Virus record (IMG/VR): IMGVR_UViG_2609460332_000008 | From: a virus | Taxonomy: Duplodnaviria; Heunggongvirae; Uroviricota; Caudoviricetes | DNA length: 64,000 nt | Reading direction: 5' to 3' (one strand) | Shown here: positions 52,527 through 61,824 of the stretch, in pieces | Layout: every line of letters starts with the position of its first letter | Position numbering within the stretch: position 1 is the first letter of the stretch | Notes under the pieces: model-generated | The model's input: the letters and a program-made list of their open reading frames with translations, nothing else | Told to the model about the DNA's origin: nothing | Databases searched by the model: none | Position numbers and translations under genes: made by a program

Positions 52527-52949
52527 ATGTTCCTGAAAACCGAATCATTTGAATATAACGGCGTGACCGTCACGCTTTCTGAACTGTCAGCCCTGCAGCG
52601 TATTGAGCATCTTGCCCTGATGAAACGGCAGGCAGAACCGGCGGGATCCGACAGCAACCGGCAGGTTACTGTGGAAGACGTCATCAGAACCGGCGCGTTT
52701 CTGGTGGCGATGTCCCTGTGGCATAACCATCCGAAGAAGACGCAGATGCCGTCCATGAATGAAGCCGTTAAACAGATTGAGCAGGAAGTGCTTACCACCT
52801 GGCCCACAGAGGCAATTTCTCATGCTGAAAACGTGGTGTACCGGCTGTCCGGTATGTATGAGTTTGTGGTGAATAATGCCCCCGAACAGGCAGAGGACGC
52901 CGGGCCTGCAGAGCCTGTTTCTGCGGGAAAGTGTTCGACGGTGAGCTGA
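52527..52949 (+). CDS. G: Tail assembly chaperone G
   Basis: 140 aa MFLKTESFEYNGVTVTLSELSALQRIEHLALMKRQAEPAGSDSNRQ... Confidence 0.95.
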   Translation: MFLKTESFEYNGVTVTLSELSALQRIEHLALMKRQAEPAGSDSNRQVTVEDVIRTGAFLVAMSLWHNHPKKTQMPSMNEAVKQIEQEVLTTWPTEAISHAENVVYRLSGMYEFVVNNAPEQAEDAGPAEPVSAGKCSTVS

Positions 52950-53365
52950 GTTTTGCCCTGAAACTGGCGCGTGAGATGGGGCGACCCGACTGGCGTGCCA
53001 TGCTTGCCGGGATGTCATCCACGGAGTATGCCGACTGGCACCGCTTTTACAGTACCCATTATTTTCATGATGTTCTGCTGGATATGCACTTTTCCGGGCT
53101 GACGTACACCGTGCTCAGCCTGTTTTTCAGCGATCCGGATATGCATCCGCTGGATTTCAGTCTGCTGAACCGGCGCGAGGCTGACGAAGAGCCTGAAGAT
53201 GATGTGCTGATGCAGAAAGCGGCAGGGCTTGCCGGAGGTGTCCGCTTTGGCCCGGACGGGAATGAAGTTATCCCCGCTTCCCCGGATGTGGCGGACATGA
53301 CGGAGGATGACGTAATGCTGATGACAGTATCAGAAGGGATCGCAGGAGGAGTCCGGTATGGCTGA
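52527..53365 (+). CDS. T: Tail assembly chaperone G-T fusion product (made by -1 frameshift at 52925..52931)
   Basis: T frame open from 52931 to 53365 with no independent ribosome-binding context; lambda G-T architecture. Confidence 0.85.
52925..52931 (+). other. Programmed -1 ribosomal frameshift slippery heptamer G GGA AAG (G to G-T fusion)
   Basis: GGGAAAG in the G zero frame 18 nt before the G stop; the -1 frame continues as VFDGELSFALKLAREMGRPDW (T). Confidence 0.9.
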
Positions 53366-55919
53366 ACCGGTAGGCGATCTGGTCGTTGATTTGAGTCTGG
53401 ATGCGGCCAGATTTGACGAGCAGATGGCCAGAGTCAGGCGTCATTTTTCCGGTACGGAAAGTGATGCGAAAAAAACAGCGGCAGTCGTTGAACAGTCGCT
53501 GAGCCGACAGGCGCTGGCTGCACAGAAAGCGGGGATTTCCGTCGGGCAGTATAAAGCCGCCATGCGTATGCTGCCTGCACAGTTCACCGACGTGGCCACG
53601 CAGCTTGCAGGCGGGCAAAGTCCGTGGCTGATCCTGCTGCAACAGGGGGGGCAGGTGAAGGACTCCTTCGGCGGGATGATCCCCATGTTCAGGGGGCTTG
53701 CCGGTGCGATCACCCTGCCGATGGTGGGGGCCACCTCGCTGGCGGTGGCGACCGGTGCGCTGGCGTATGCCTGGTATCAGGGCAACTCAACCCTGTCCGA
53801 TTTCAACAAAACGCTGGTCCTTTCCGGCAATCAGGCGGGTCTGACGGCAGATCGTATGCTGGTCCTGTCCAGAGCCGGGCAGGCGGCAGGGCTGACGTTT
53901 AACCAGACCAGCGAGTCACTCAGCGCACTGGTTAAGGCGGGGGTAAGCGGTGAGGCTCAGATTGCGTCCATCAGCCAGAGTGTGGCGCGTTTCTCCTCTG
54001 CATCCGGCGTGGAGGTGGACAAGGTCGCTGAAGCCTTCGGGAAGCTGACCACAGACCCGACGTCGGGGCTGACGGCGATGGCACGCCAGTTCCATAACGT
54101 GACGGCGGAGCAGATTGCGTATGTTGCTCAGTTGCAGCGTTCCGGCGATGAAGCCGGGGCATTGCAGGCGGCGAACGAGGCCGCAACGAAAGGGTTTGAT
54201 GACCAGACCCGCCGCCTGAAAGAGAACATGGGCACGCTGGAGACCTGGGCAGACAGGACTGCGCGGGCATTCAAATCCATGTGGGATGCGGTGCTGGATA
54301 TTGGTCGTCCTGATACCGCGCAGGAGATGCTGATTAAGGCAGAGGCTGCGTTTAAGAAAGCAGACGACATCTGGAATCTGCGCAAGGATGATTATTTTGT
54401 TAACGATGAAGCGCGGGCGCGTTACTGGGATGATCGTGAAAAGGCCCGTCTTGCGCTTGAAGCCGCCCGAAAGAAGGCTGAACAGCAGAGTCAACAGGAC
54501 AAAAATGCGCAGCAGCAGAGCGATACCGAAGCGTCACGGCTGAAATATACCGAAGAGGCGCAGAAGGCTTACGAACGGCTGCAGACGCCGCTGGAGAAAT
54601 ATGCCGCCCGTCAGGAAGAACTGAATAAGGCCCTGAAAGACGGAAAAATCCTGCAGGCAGATTACAACACGCTGATGGCGGCAGCGAAAAAGGACTATGA
54701 AACGACACTGAAAAAGCCGAAGCAGTCCGGCGTGAAGGTGTCTGCGGGCGATCGTCAGGAAGACAGTGCTCATGCTGCCCTGCTGACGCTTCAGGCTGAA
54801 CTCCGGACGCTGGAGAAGCATGCCGGAGCAAATGAGAAAATCAGCCAGCAGCGCCGGGATTTGTGGAAGGCGGAGAGTCAGTTCGCGGTACTGGAGGAGG
54901 CGGCGCAACGTCGCCAGCTGTCTGTACAGGAGAAATCCCTGCTGGCGCATAAAGATGAGACGCTGGAGTACAAACGCCAGCTGGCTGCACTTGGCGACAA
55001 GGTTACGTATCAGGAGCGCCTGAACGCGCTGGCGCAGCAGGCGGATAAATTCGCACAGCAGCAACGGGCAAAACGGGCCGCCATTGATGCGAAAAGCCGG
55101 GGGCTGACTGACCGGCAGGCAGAACGGGAAGCCACGGAACAGCGCCTGAAGGAACAGTATGGCGATAATCCGCTGGCGCTGAATAACGTCATGTCAGAGC
55201 AGAAAAAGACCTGGGCGGCTGAAGACCAGCTTCGCGGGAACTGGATGGCAGGCCTGAAGTCCGGCTGGAGTGAGTGGGAAGAGAGCGCCACGGACAGTAT
55301 GTCGCAGGTAAAAAGTGCAGCCACGCAGACCTTTGATGGTATTGCACAGAATATGGCGGCGATGCTGACCGGCAGTGAGCAGAACTGGCGCAGCTTCACC
55401 CGTTCCGTGCTGTCCATGATGACAGAAATTCTGCTTAAGCAGGCAATGGTGGGGATTGTCGGGAGTATCGGCAGCGCCATTGGCGGGGCTGTTGGTGGCG
55501 GCGCATCCGCGTCAGGCGGTACAGCCATTCAGGCCGCTGCGGCGAAATTCCATTTTGCAACCGGAGGATTTACGGGAACCGGCGGCAAATATGAGCCAGC
55601 GGGGATTGTTCACCGTGGTGAGTTTGTCTTCACGAAGGAGGCAACCAGCCGGATTGGCGTGGGGAATCTTTACCGGCTGATGCGCGGCTATGCCACCGGC
55701 GGTTATGTCGGTACACCGGGCAGCATGGCAGACAGCCGGTCGCAGGCGTCCGGGACGTTTGAGCAGAATAACCATGTGGTGATTAACAACGACGGCACGA
55801 ACGGGCAGATAGGTCCGGCTGCTCTGAAGGCGGTGTATGACATGGCCCGCAAGGGTGCCCGTGATGAAATTCAGACACAGATGCGTGATGGTGGCCTGTT
55901 CTCCGGAGGTGGACGATGA
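53358..55919 (+). CDS. H: Tail tape measure protein H
   Basis: 853 aa, same length as lambda gpH; MAEPVGDLVVDLSLDAARFDEQMARVRRHFSGTESDAKK... Confidence 0.95.
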   Translation: MAEPVGDLVVDLSLDAARFDEQMARVRRHFSGTESDAKKTAAVVEQSLSRQALAAQKAGISVGQYKAAMRMLPAQFTDVATQLAGGQSPWLILLQQGGQVKDSFGGMIPMFRGLAGAITLPMVGATSLAVATGALAYAWYQGNSTLSDFNKTLVLSGNQAGLTADRMLVLSRAGQAAGLTFNQTSESLSALVKAGVSGEAQIASISQSVARFSSASGVEVDKVAEAFGKLTTDPTSGLTAMARQFHNVTAEQIAYVAQLQRSGDEAGALQAANEAATKGFDDQTRRLKENMGTLETWADRTARAFKSMWDAVLDIGRPDTAQEMLIKAEAAFKKADDIWNLRKDDYFVNDEARARYWDDREKARLALEAARKKAEQQSQQDKNAQQQSDTEASRLKYTEEAQKAYERLQTPLEKYAARQEELNKALKDGKILQADYNTLMAAAKKDYETTLKKPKQSGVKVSAGDRQEDSAHAALLTLQAELRTLEKHAGANEKISQQRRDLWKAESQFAVLEEAAQRRQLSVQEKSLLAHKDETLEYKRQLAALGDKVTYQERLNALAQQADKFAQQQRAKRAAIDAKSRGLTDRQAEREATEQRLKEQYGDNPLALNNVMSEQKKTWAAEDQLRGNWMAGLKSGWSEWEESATDSMSQVKSAATQTFDGIAQNMAAMLTGSEQNWRSFTRSVLSMMTEILLKQAMVGIVGSIGSAIGGAVGGGASASGGTAIQAAAAKFHFATGGFTGTGGKYEPAGIVHRGEFVFTKEATSRIGVGNLYRLMRGYATGGYVGTPGSMADSRSQASGTFEQNNHVVINNDGTNGQIGPAALKAVYDMARKGARDEIQTQMRDGGLFSGGGR

Positions 55920-56245
55920 AGACCTTCCGCTGGAAAGTGAAACCCGGTATGGATGTGGCTTCGGTCCCTTCTGTAAGAAAGGTGCGCTTTGGTGATGGCT
56001 ATTCTCAGCGAGCGCCTGCCGGGCTGAATGCCAACCTGAAAACGTACAGCGTGACGCTTTCTGTCCCCCGTGAGGAGGCCACGGTACTGGAGTCGTTTCT
56101 GGAAGAGCACGGGGGCTGGAAATCCTTTCTGTGGACGCCGCCTTATGAGTGGCAGCAGATAAAGGTGACCTGCGCAAAATGGTCGTCGCGGGTCAGTATG
56201 CTGCGTGTTGAGTTCAGCGCAGAGTTTGAACAGGTGGTGAACTGA
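55916..56245 (+). CDS. M: Tail tip protein M
   Basis: 109 aa MKTFRWKVKPGMDVASVPSVRKVRFGDGYSQRAPAGLNANLKTYSV... Confidence 0.95.
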   Translation: MKTFRWKVKPGMDVASVPSVRKVRFGDGYSQRAPAGLNANLKTYSVTLSVPREEATVLESFLEEHGGWKSFLWTPPYEWQQIKVTCAKWSSRVSMLRVEFSAEFEQVVN

Positions 56246-56942
56246 TGCAGGATATCCGGCAGGAAACACTGAATGAATGCACCCGTGCGGAGCAGTCGGC
56301 CAGCGTGGTGCTCTGGGAAATCGACCTGACAGAGGTCGGTGGAGAACGTTATTTTTTCTGTAATGAGCAGAACGAAAAAGGTGAGCCGGTCACCTGGCAG
56401 GGGCGACAGTATCAGCCGTATCCCATTCAGGGGAGCGGTTTTGAACTGAATGGCAAAGGCACCAGTACGCGCCCCACGCTGACGGTTTCTAACCTGTACG
56501 GTATGGTCACCGGGATGGCGGAAGATCTGCAGAGTCTGGTCGGCGGAACGGTGGTCCGGCGTAAGGTTTACGCCCGTTTTCTGGATGCGGTGAACTTCGT
56601 CAACGGAAACAGTTATGCCGATCCGGAGCAGGAGGTGATCAGCGCTGGCGCATTGAGCAGTGCAGCGAACTGAGCGCGGTGAGTGCCTCCTTTGTACTGT
56701 CCACGCCGACGGAAACGGATGGCGCTGTTTTTCCGGGACGTATCATGCTGGCCAACACCTGCACCTGGACCTATCGCGGTGACGAGTGCGGTTATAGCGG
56801 TCCGGCTGTCGCGGATGAATATGACCAGCCAACGTCCGATATCACGAAGGATAAATGCAGCAAATGCCTGAGCGGTTGTAAGTTCCGCAATAACGTCGGC
56901 AACTTTGGCGGCTTCCTTTCCATTAACAAACTTTCGCAGTAA
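56245..56942 (+). pseudogene. L: Tail tip protein L, disrupted by an apparent 1-bp deletion (frameshift near 56641)
   Basis: ORF 56245..56673 (142 aa) stops early; the remainder continues in another frame from GTG 56679 to 56942; the two parts together span the length of lambda L minus 1 bp. Confidence 0.7.
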
Positions 56943-56946
56943 TCCC

Positions 56947-57690
56947 ATGACACAGACAGAATCAGCGATTCTGGCGCACGCCCGGCGATGTGCGCCAGCG
57001 GAGTCGTGTGGCTTCGTGGTGAGAACGCCGAAGGGGGAAAGATATTTTCCCTGCGTGAATATCTCCGGTGAGCCGGAGGCGTATTTCCGGATGTCGCCGG
57101 AGGACTGGCTGCGGGCAGAGATGCAGGGTGAGATTGTGGCGCTGGTCCACAGCCACCCCGGTGGTCTGCCCTGGCTGAGTGAGGCTGACAGGCGGCTGCA
57201 GGTGCAGAGCGATTTGCCGTGGTGGCTGGTCTGCCGGGGTGAGATTCATAAATTCCGCTGTGTGCCGCATCTTACCGGGCGGTGCTTTGAGCACGGGGTG
57301 ACGGACTGTTACACGCTGTTCCGGGATGCTTATCATCTGGCGGGGATTGAGATGCCGGATTTTCATCGCGGGGATGACTGGTGGCGTCACGGTCAGAATC
57401 TCTATCTGGATAATCTGGAGGCCACAGGGCTGTATCAGGTGCCGTTGTCATCAGCACAACCGGGCGATGTGCTGCTGTGCTGTTTTGGTTCATCGGTGCC
57501 GAATCATGCCGCCATTTACTGTGGTGATGGCGAGCTGCTGCACCATATTCCTGAACAACTGAGCAAACGAGAGAGGTATACCGACAAATGGCAGCGACGC
57601 ACACACTCCCTCTGGCGTCACCGGGCATGGCGCGCATCTGCCTTTACGGGGATTTACAACGATTTGGCCGCCGCATCGACCTTCGTGTGA
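56947..57690 (+). CDS. K: Tail tip assembly protein K (MPN/JAB plus NlpC/P60-like); the canonical lambda annotation starts at the internal ATG 57091
   Basis: MTQTESAILAHARRCAPAESCGFVV...; HSHPGG (JAB-like) and VTDCYTLF / HAAIY (NlpC/P60-like Cys/His) motifs. Confidence 0.85.
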   Translation: MTQTESAILAHARRCAPAESCGFVVRTPKGERYFPCVNISGEPEAYFRMSPEDWLRAEMQGEIVALVHSHPGGLPWLSEADRRLQVQSDLPWWLVCRGEIHKFRCVPHLTGRCFEHGVTDCYTLFRDAYHLAGIEMPDFHRGDDWWRHGQNLYLDNLEATGLYQVPLSSAQPGDVLLCCFGSSVPNHAAIYCGDGELLHHIPEQLSKRERYTDKWQRRTHSLWRHRAWRASAFTGIYNDLAAASTFV

Positions 57691-58229
57691 AAACGGGGGC
57701 TGAAGCCATCCGGGCGCTGGCCACACAGCTCCCGGCGTTTCGTCAGAAACTGAGCGACGGCTGGTATCAGGTACGGATTGCCGGGCGTGATACAGGTGAA
57801 ACGGAATTATCAGCCCGTCTTAATGAACCGCTGGCAAATGGTGCTGTGATCCATATCGTGCCGCGTCTGGCAGGAGCCAAAAGTGGCGGTGTGTTTCAGG
57901 CTGTGCTGGGGGCGGCTGTTATGGCGGTTGCTATATGGATGCCGGGGGTAGGAATTATGGCGAGTAATCTGCTGTTTTCTCTCGGTGCCAGTATGACGCT
58001 TGGCGGTGTTGCACAGATGCTGGCCCCTAAACCCAGAACCCCCCGCACACAGACAACGGATAACGGCAAACAGAACACCTATTTTTCTTCACTGGATAAT
58101 ATGGTTGCCCAGGGCAATGTTCTGCCCGTTCTGTACGGTGAAATGCGCGTGGGATCACGTGTGGTATCTCAGGAGATCAGCACAGCAGATGAAGGTGATG
58201 GTGGTCAGGTTGTGGTGATTGGTCGCTGA
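57588..58229 (+). CDS. I: Tail tip assembly protein I (30-bp in-frame deletion relative to lambda)
   Basis: 213 aa MAATHTLPLASPGMARICLYGDLQRFGRRIDLRVKTGAEAIRALATQLPAF...; lambda I is 223 aa. Confidence 0.9.
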   Translation: MAATHTLPLASPGMARICLYGDLQRFGRRIDLRVKTGAEAIRALATQLPAFRQKLSDGWYQVRIAGRDTGETELSARLNEPLANGAVIHIVPRLAGAKSGGVFQAVLGAAVMAVAIWMPGVGIMASNLLFSLGASMTLGGVAQMLAPKPRTPRTQTTDNGKQNTYFSSLDNMVAQGNVLPVLYGEMRVGSRVVSQEISTADEGDGGQVVVIGR

Positions 58230-58289
58230 TGAAAAACGTTTTATGTGAAACCGCCTCCGGGCGGTTTTATCGTTTATGGAGCATGACGA

Positions 58290-61200
58290 ATGGGTAAAGG
58301 CAGCAGTAAGGGGCATACCCCGCGCGAAGCGAAGGACAACCTGAAGTCCACGCAGCTGCTGAGTGTGATCGATGCCATCAGCGAAGGGCCGGTTGAAGGT
58401 CCGGTGGATGGATTAAAAAGCGTGCTGCTGAACAGTACGCCGGTGCTGGACAGTGAGGGGAATACCAATATATCCGGCGTCACGGTGGTGTTCCGGGCCG
58501 GTGAGCAGGAGCAGTCACCGCCGGAGGGATTTGAATCCTCCGGCTCCGAGACGGTGCTGGGTACGGAAGTGAAATATGACACGCCGATCACCCGGACCAT
58601 CACGTCGGCAAACATCGACCGTCTGCGCTTTACCTTCGGTGTACAGGCACTGGTGGAAACCACCTCAAAGGGAGACAGGAATCCGTCGGAAGTTCGCCTG
58701 CTGGTTCAGATACAGCGTAACGGTGGCTGGGTGACGGAAAAAGACATCACCATTAAGGGCAAAACCACCTCGCAGTATCTGGCCTCGGTGGTGGTGGATA
58801 ACCTGCCGCCGCGCCCGTTTAATATCCGGATGCGCAGGATGACGCCGGACAGCACCACAGACCAGCTGCTGAACAAAACGCTCTGGTCGTCATACACCGA
58901 AATCATCGATGTGAAACAGTGCTACCCGAACACGGCACTGGTTGGCGTGCAGGTGGACTCGGAGCAGTTCGGCAGCCAGCAGGTGAGCCGTAATTATCAT
59001 CTTCGCGGGCGCATTCTGCAGGTGCCGTCGAACTATAACCCGCAGACGCGGCAATACAGCGGTATCTGGGACGGAACGTTAAAACCGGCATACAGCAACA
59101 ACATGGCCTGGTGTCTGTGGGATATGCTGACCCATCCGCGCTACGGCATGGGGAAACGTCTTGGTGCGGCGGATGTGGATAAATGGGCGCTGTATGTCAT
59201 CGGCCAGTACTGCGACCAGTCGGTGCCGGACGGCTTTGGCGGCACGGAGCCGCGCATTACCTGTAATGCGTACCTGACCACACAGCGCAAGGCGTGGGAT
59301 GTGCTCAGTGATTTCTGCTCGGCGATGCGCTGTATGCCGGTATGGAACGGGCAGACGCTGACGTTCGTGCAGGACCGACCATCAGATAAGGTGTGGACCT
59401 ATAACCGCAGTAATGTGGTGATGCCGGATGATGGCGCGCCGTTCCGCTACAGCTTCAGCGCCCTGAAGGACCGCCATAATGCCGTTGAGGTGAACTGGAT
59501 TGACCCGGATAACGGCTGGGAGACGGCGACAGAGCTCGTGGAGGATACGCAGGCCATTGCCCGTTACGGCCGTAACGTCACGAAGATGGATGCCTTTGGC
59601 TGTACCAGCCGGGGGCAGGCACACCGCGCCGGGCTGTGGCTGATTAAAACGGAGCTGCTGGAAACGCAGACCGTGGACTTCAGCGTGGGTGCTGAAGGGC
59701 TTCGCCATGTACCGGGGGATGTCATTGAAATCTGCGATGATGACTATGCCGGTATCAGCACCGGTGGTCGTGTGCTGGCGGTGAACAGCCAGACCCGGAC
59801 GCTGACGCTCGACCGTGAAATCACGCTGCCATCCTCCGGTACCACGCTGATAAGCCTGGTTGACGGAAGTGGCAATCCGGTCAGCGTGGAGGTTCAGTCC
59901 GTCACCGACGGCGTGAAGGTGAAAGTGAGCCGTGTTCCTGACGGTGTTGCTGAATACAGCGTATGGGGGCTGAAGCTGCCGACGCTGCGCCAGCGACTGT
60001 TCCGCTGCGTGAGTATCCGTGAAAACGACGACGGCACGTATGCCATCACCGCCGTGCAGCATGTGCCGGAAAAAGAGACCATCGTGGATAACGGGGCGCA
60101 CTTTGACGGCGAACAGAGTGGCACGGTGAATGGTGTCACGCCGCCCGCGGTGCAGCACCTGACCGCAGAAGTCACCGCAGACAGCGGGGAATATCAGGTG
60201 CTGGCGCGATGGGACACACCGAAGGTGGTGAAGGGGGTGAGCTTTATGCTTCGCCTGACCGTGGCAGCGGATGACGGCAGTGAGCGGCTGGTCAGCACGG
60301 CCAGGACGACGGAAACCACATACCGCTTCAGGCAACTGGCGCTGGGGAACTACAGGCTGACAGTCCGGGCGGTAAATGCGTGGGGGCAGCAGGGGGATCC
60401 GGCGTCGGTATCGTTCCGGATTGCCGCACCGGCAGCGCCATCGCGGATTGAGCTGACGCCGGGCTATTTTCAGATAACCGCAACGCCGCATCTTGCCGTT
60501 TATGATCCGACGGTACAGTTTGAGTTCTGGTTCTCGGAAAAGCGGATTGCGGATATCAGGCAGGTTGAAGCCAGCGCGCGTTATCTTGGTACGGCGCTGT
60601 ACTGGATAGCCGCCAGTATCAATATCAAACCGGGCCATGATTATTATTTTTACATTCGCAGTGTGAACACCGTTGGCAAATCGGCATTTGTGGAGGCTGT
60701 TGGCCAGCCGAGTGATGATGCATCCGGCTATCTGGATTTTTTCAAAGGAGAGATAGGGAAAACCCATCTGGCTCAGGAGTTGTGGACGCAGATTGATAAC
60801 GGTCAGCTTGCGCCTGACCTGGCTGAAATCAGGACGTCCATTACGGATGTCAGCAATGAAATCACGCAGACCGTCAATAAGAAACTGGAAGACCAGAGTG
60901 CAGCGATCCAGCAGATACAGAAGGTTCAGGTTGATACAAATAATAACCTGAACAGCATGTGGGCTGTGAAGCTGCAGCAGATGCAGGACGGACGCCTTTA
61001 TATCGCGGGTATTGGTGCCGGTATTGAGAATACCCCTGACGGTATGCAGAGTCAGGTGCTGCTGGCGGCGGACAGGATTGCGATGATTAATCCTGCGAAT
61101 GGCAATACAAAGCCGATGTTTGTTGGGCAGGGCGATCAGATATTCATGAACGAAGTGTTCCTGAAATATCTGACGGCTCCCACCATTACCAGCGGTGGCA

Positions 61201-61772
61201 ATCCCCCAACGTTTTCACTGACACCTGATGGTCGACTTTCTGCGAGAAATGCGGATATCAGCGGTAACGTGAATGCGAACTCCGGGACGCTCAATAATGT
61301 CACGATTAACCAGAACTGTCGGATTCTGGGAAAACTGTCAGCTAACCAGATTGAAGGTGATATTGTCAAAACGGTGGGAAAAGCCTTTCCGAGAAATGGC
61401 AGTTATGCCAGCGGTACAATAACGGTCACTGTGTACGATGACCAGGCTTTTGACCGTCAGATAGTCGTCCCCCCCGTTCTGTTTCGCGGTGGTAAGCATG
61501 AAAACTTCAACAGCAACAACCAACAGTCATACTGGTATTCAACCTGTAAGCTGCAGGTGCTGAAGAACGGACAGGAAATCTTTCAGCAACCCGCGACGGA
61601 TGTCAGCAGGGTATTTTCATCAGTCATTGATATGCCTGCCGGACACGGCCATGTCACCCTGACTTTCAATGTTTCTTCATATGGTGCAAATAACTGGACG
61701 CCAACGACCAGTATCAGCGACCTTCTTGTTGTCGTGATGAAGAAATCAACAGCCGGCATCAGTATCAGTTGA
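58290..61772 (+). CDS. J: Central tail fibre / host specificity protein J, with divergent longer C-terminus
   Basis: 1160 aa starting [42 protein letters not shown]...; lambda J is 1132 aa. Confidence 0.9.
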   Translation: MGKGSSKGHTPREAKDNLKSTQLLSVIDAISEGPVEGPVDGLKSVLLNSTPVLDSEGNTNISGVTVVFRAGEQEQSPPEGFESSGSETVLGTEVKYDTPITRTITSANIDRLRFTFGVQALVETTSKGDRNPSEVRLLVQIQRNGGWVTEKDITIKGKTTSQYLASVVVDNLPPRPFNIRMRRMTPDSTTDQLLNKTLWSSYTEIIDVKQCYPNTALVGVQVDSEQFGSQQVSRNYHLRGRILQVPSNYNPQTRQYSGIWDGTLKPAYSNNMAWCLWDMLTHPRYGMGKRLGAADVDKWALYVIGQYCDQSVPDGFGGTEPRITCNAYLTTQRKAWDVLSDFCSAMRCMPVWNGQTLTFVQDRPSDKVWTYNRSNVVMPDDGAPFRYSFSALKDRHNAVEVNWIDPDNGWETATELVEDTQAIARYGRNVTKMDAFGCTSRGQAHRAGLWLIKTELLETQTVDFSVGAEGLRHVPGDVIEICDDDYAGISTGGRVLAVNSQTRTLTLDREITLPSSGTTLISLVDGSGNPVSVEVQSVTDGVKVKVSRVPDGVAEYSVWGLKLPTLRQRLFRCVSIRENDDGTYAITAVQHVPEKETIVDNGAHFDGEQSGTVNGVTPPAVQHLTAEVTADSGEYQVLARWDTPKVVKGVSFMLRLTVAADDGSERLVSTARTTETTYRFRQLALGNYRLTVRAVNAWGQQGDPASVSFRIAAPAAPSRIELTPGYFQITATPHLAVYDPTVQFEFWFSEKRIADIRQVEASARYLGTALYWIAASINIKPGHDYYFYIRSVNTVGKSAFVEAVGQPSDDASGYLDFFKGEIGKTHLAQELWTQIDNGQLAPDLAEIRTSITDVSNEITQTVNKKLEDQSAAIQQIQKVQVDTNNNLNSMWAVKLQQMQDGRLYIAGIGAGIENTPDGMQSQVLLAADRIAMINPANGNTKPMFVGQGDQIFMNEVFLKYLTAPTITSGGNPPTFSLTPDGRLSARNADISGNVNANSGTLNNVTINQNCRILGKLSANQIEGDIVKTVGKAFPRNGSYASGTITVTVYDDQAFDRQIVVPPVLFRGGKHENFNSNNQQSYWYSTCKLQVLKNGQEIFQQPATDVSRVFSSVIDMPAGHGHVTLTFNVSSYGANNWTPTTSISDLLVVVMKKSTAGISIS

Positions 61773-61824
61773 ATTTTAAAACCCAAATTCGGGCACCAGA
61801 AATGGTGCCTTTTTTATTTGTGGA

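Noticed and set aside
53441-55064. Several minus-strand ORFs inside lambda H (for example 53916..54494 and 54534..55064)
   Set aside because: Antisense to the tape measure gene, which matches lambda H in length and sequence; no independent support
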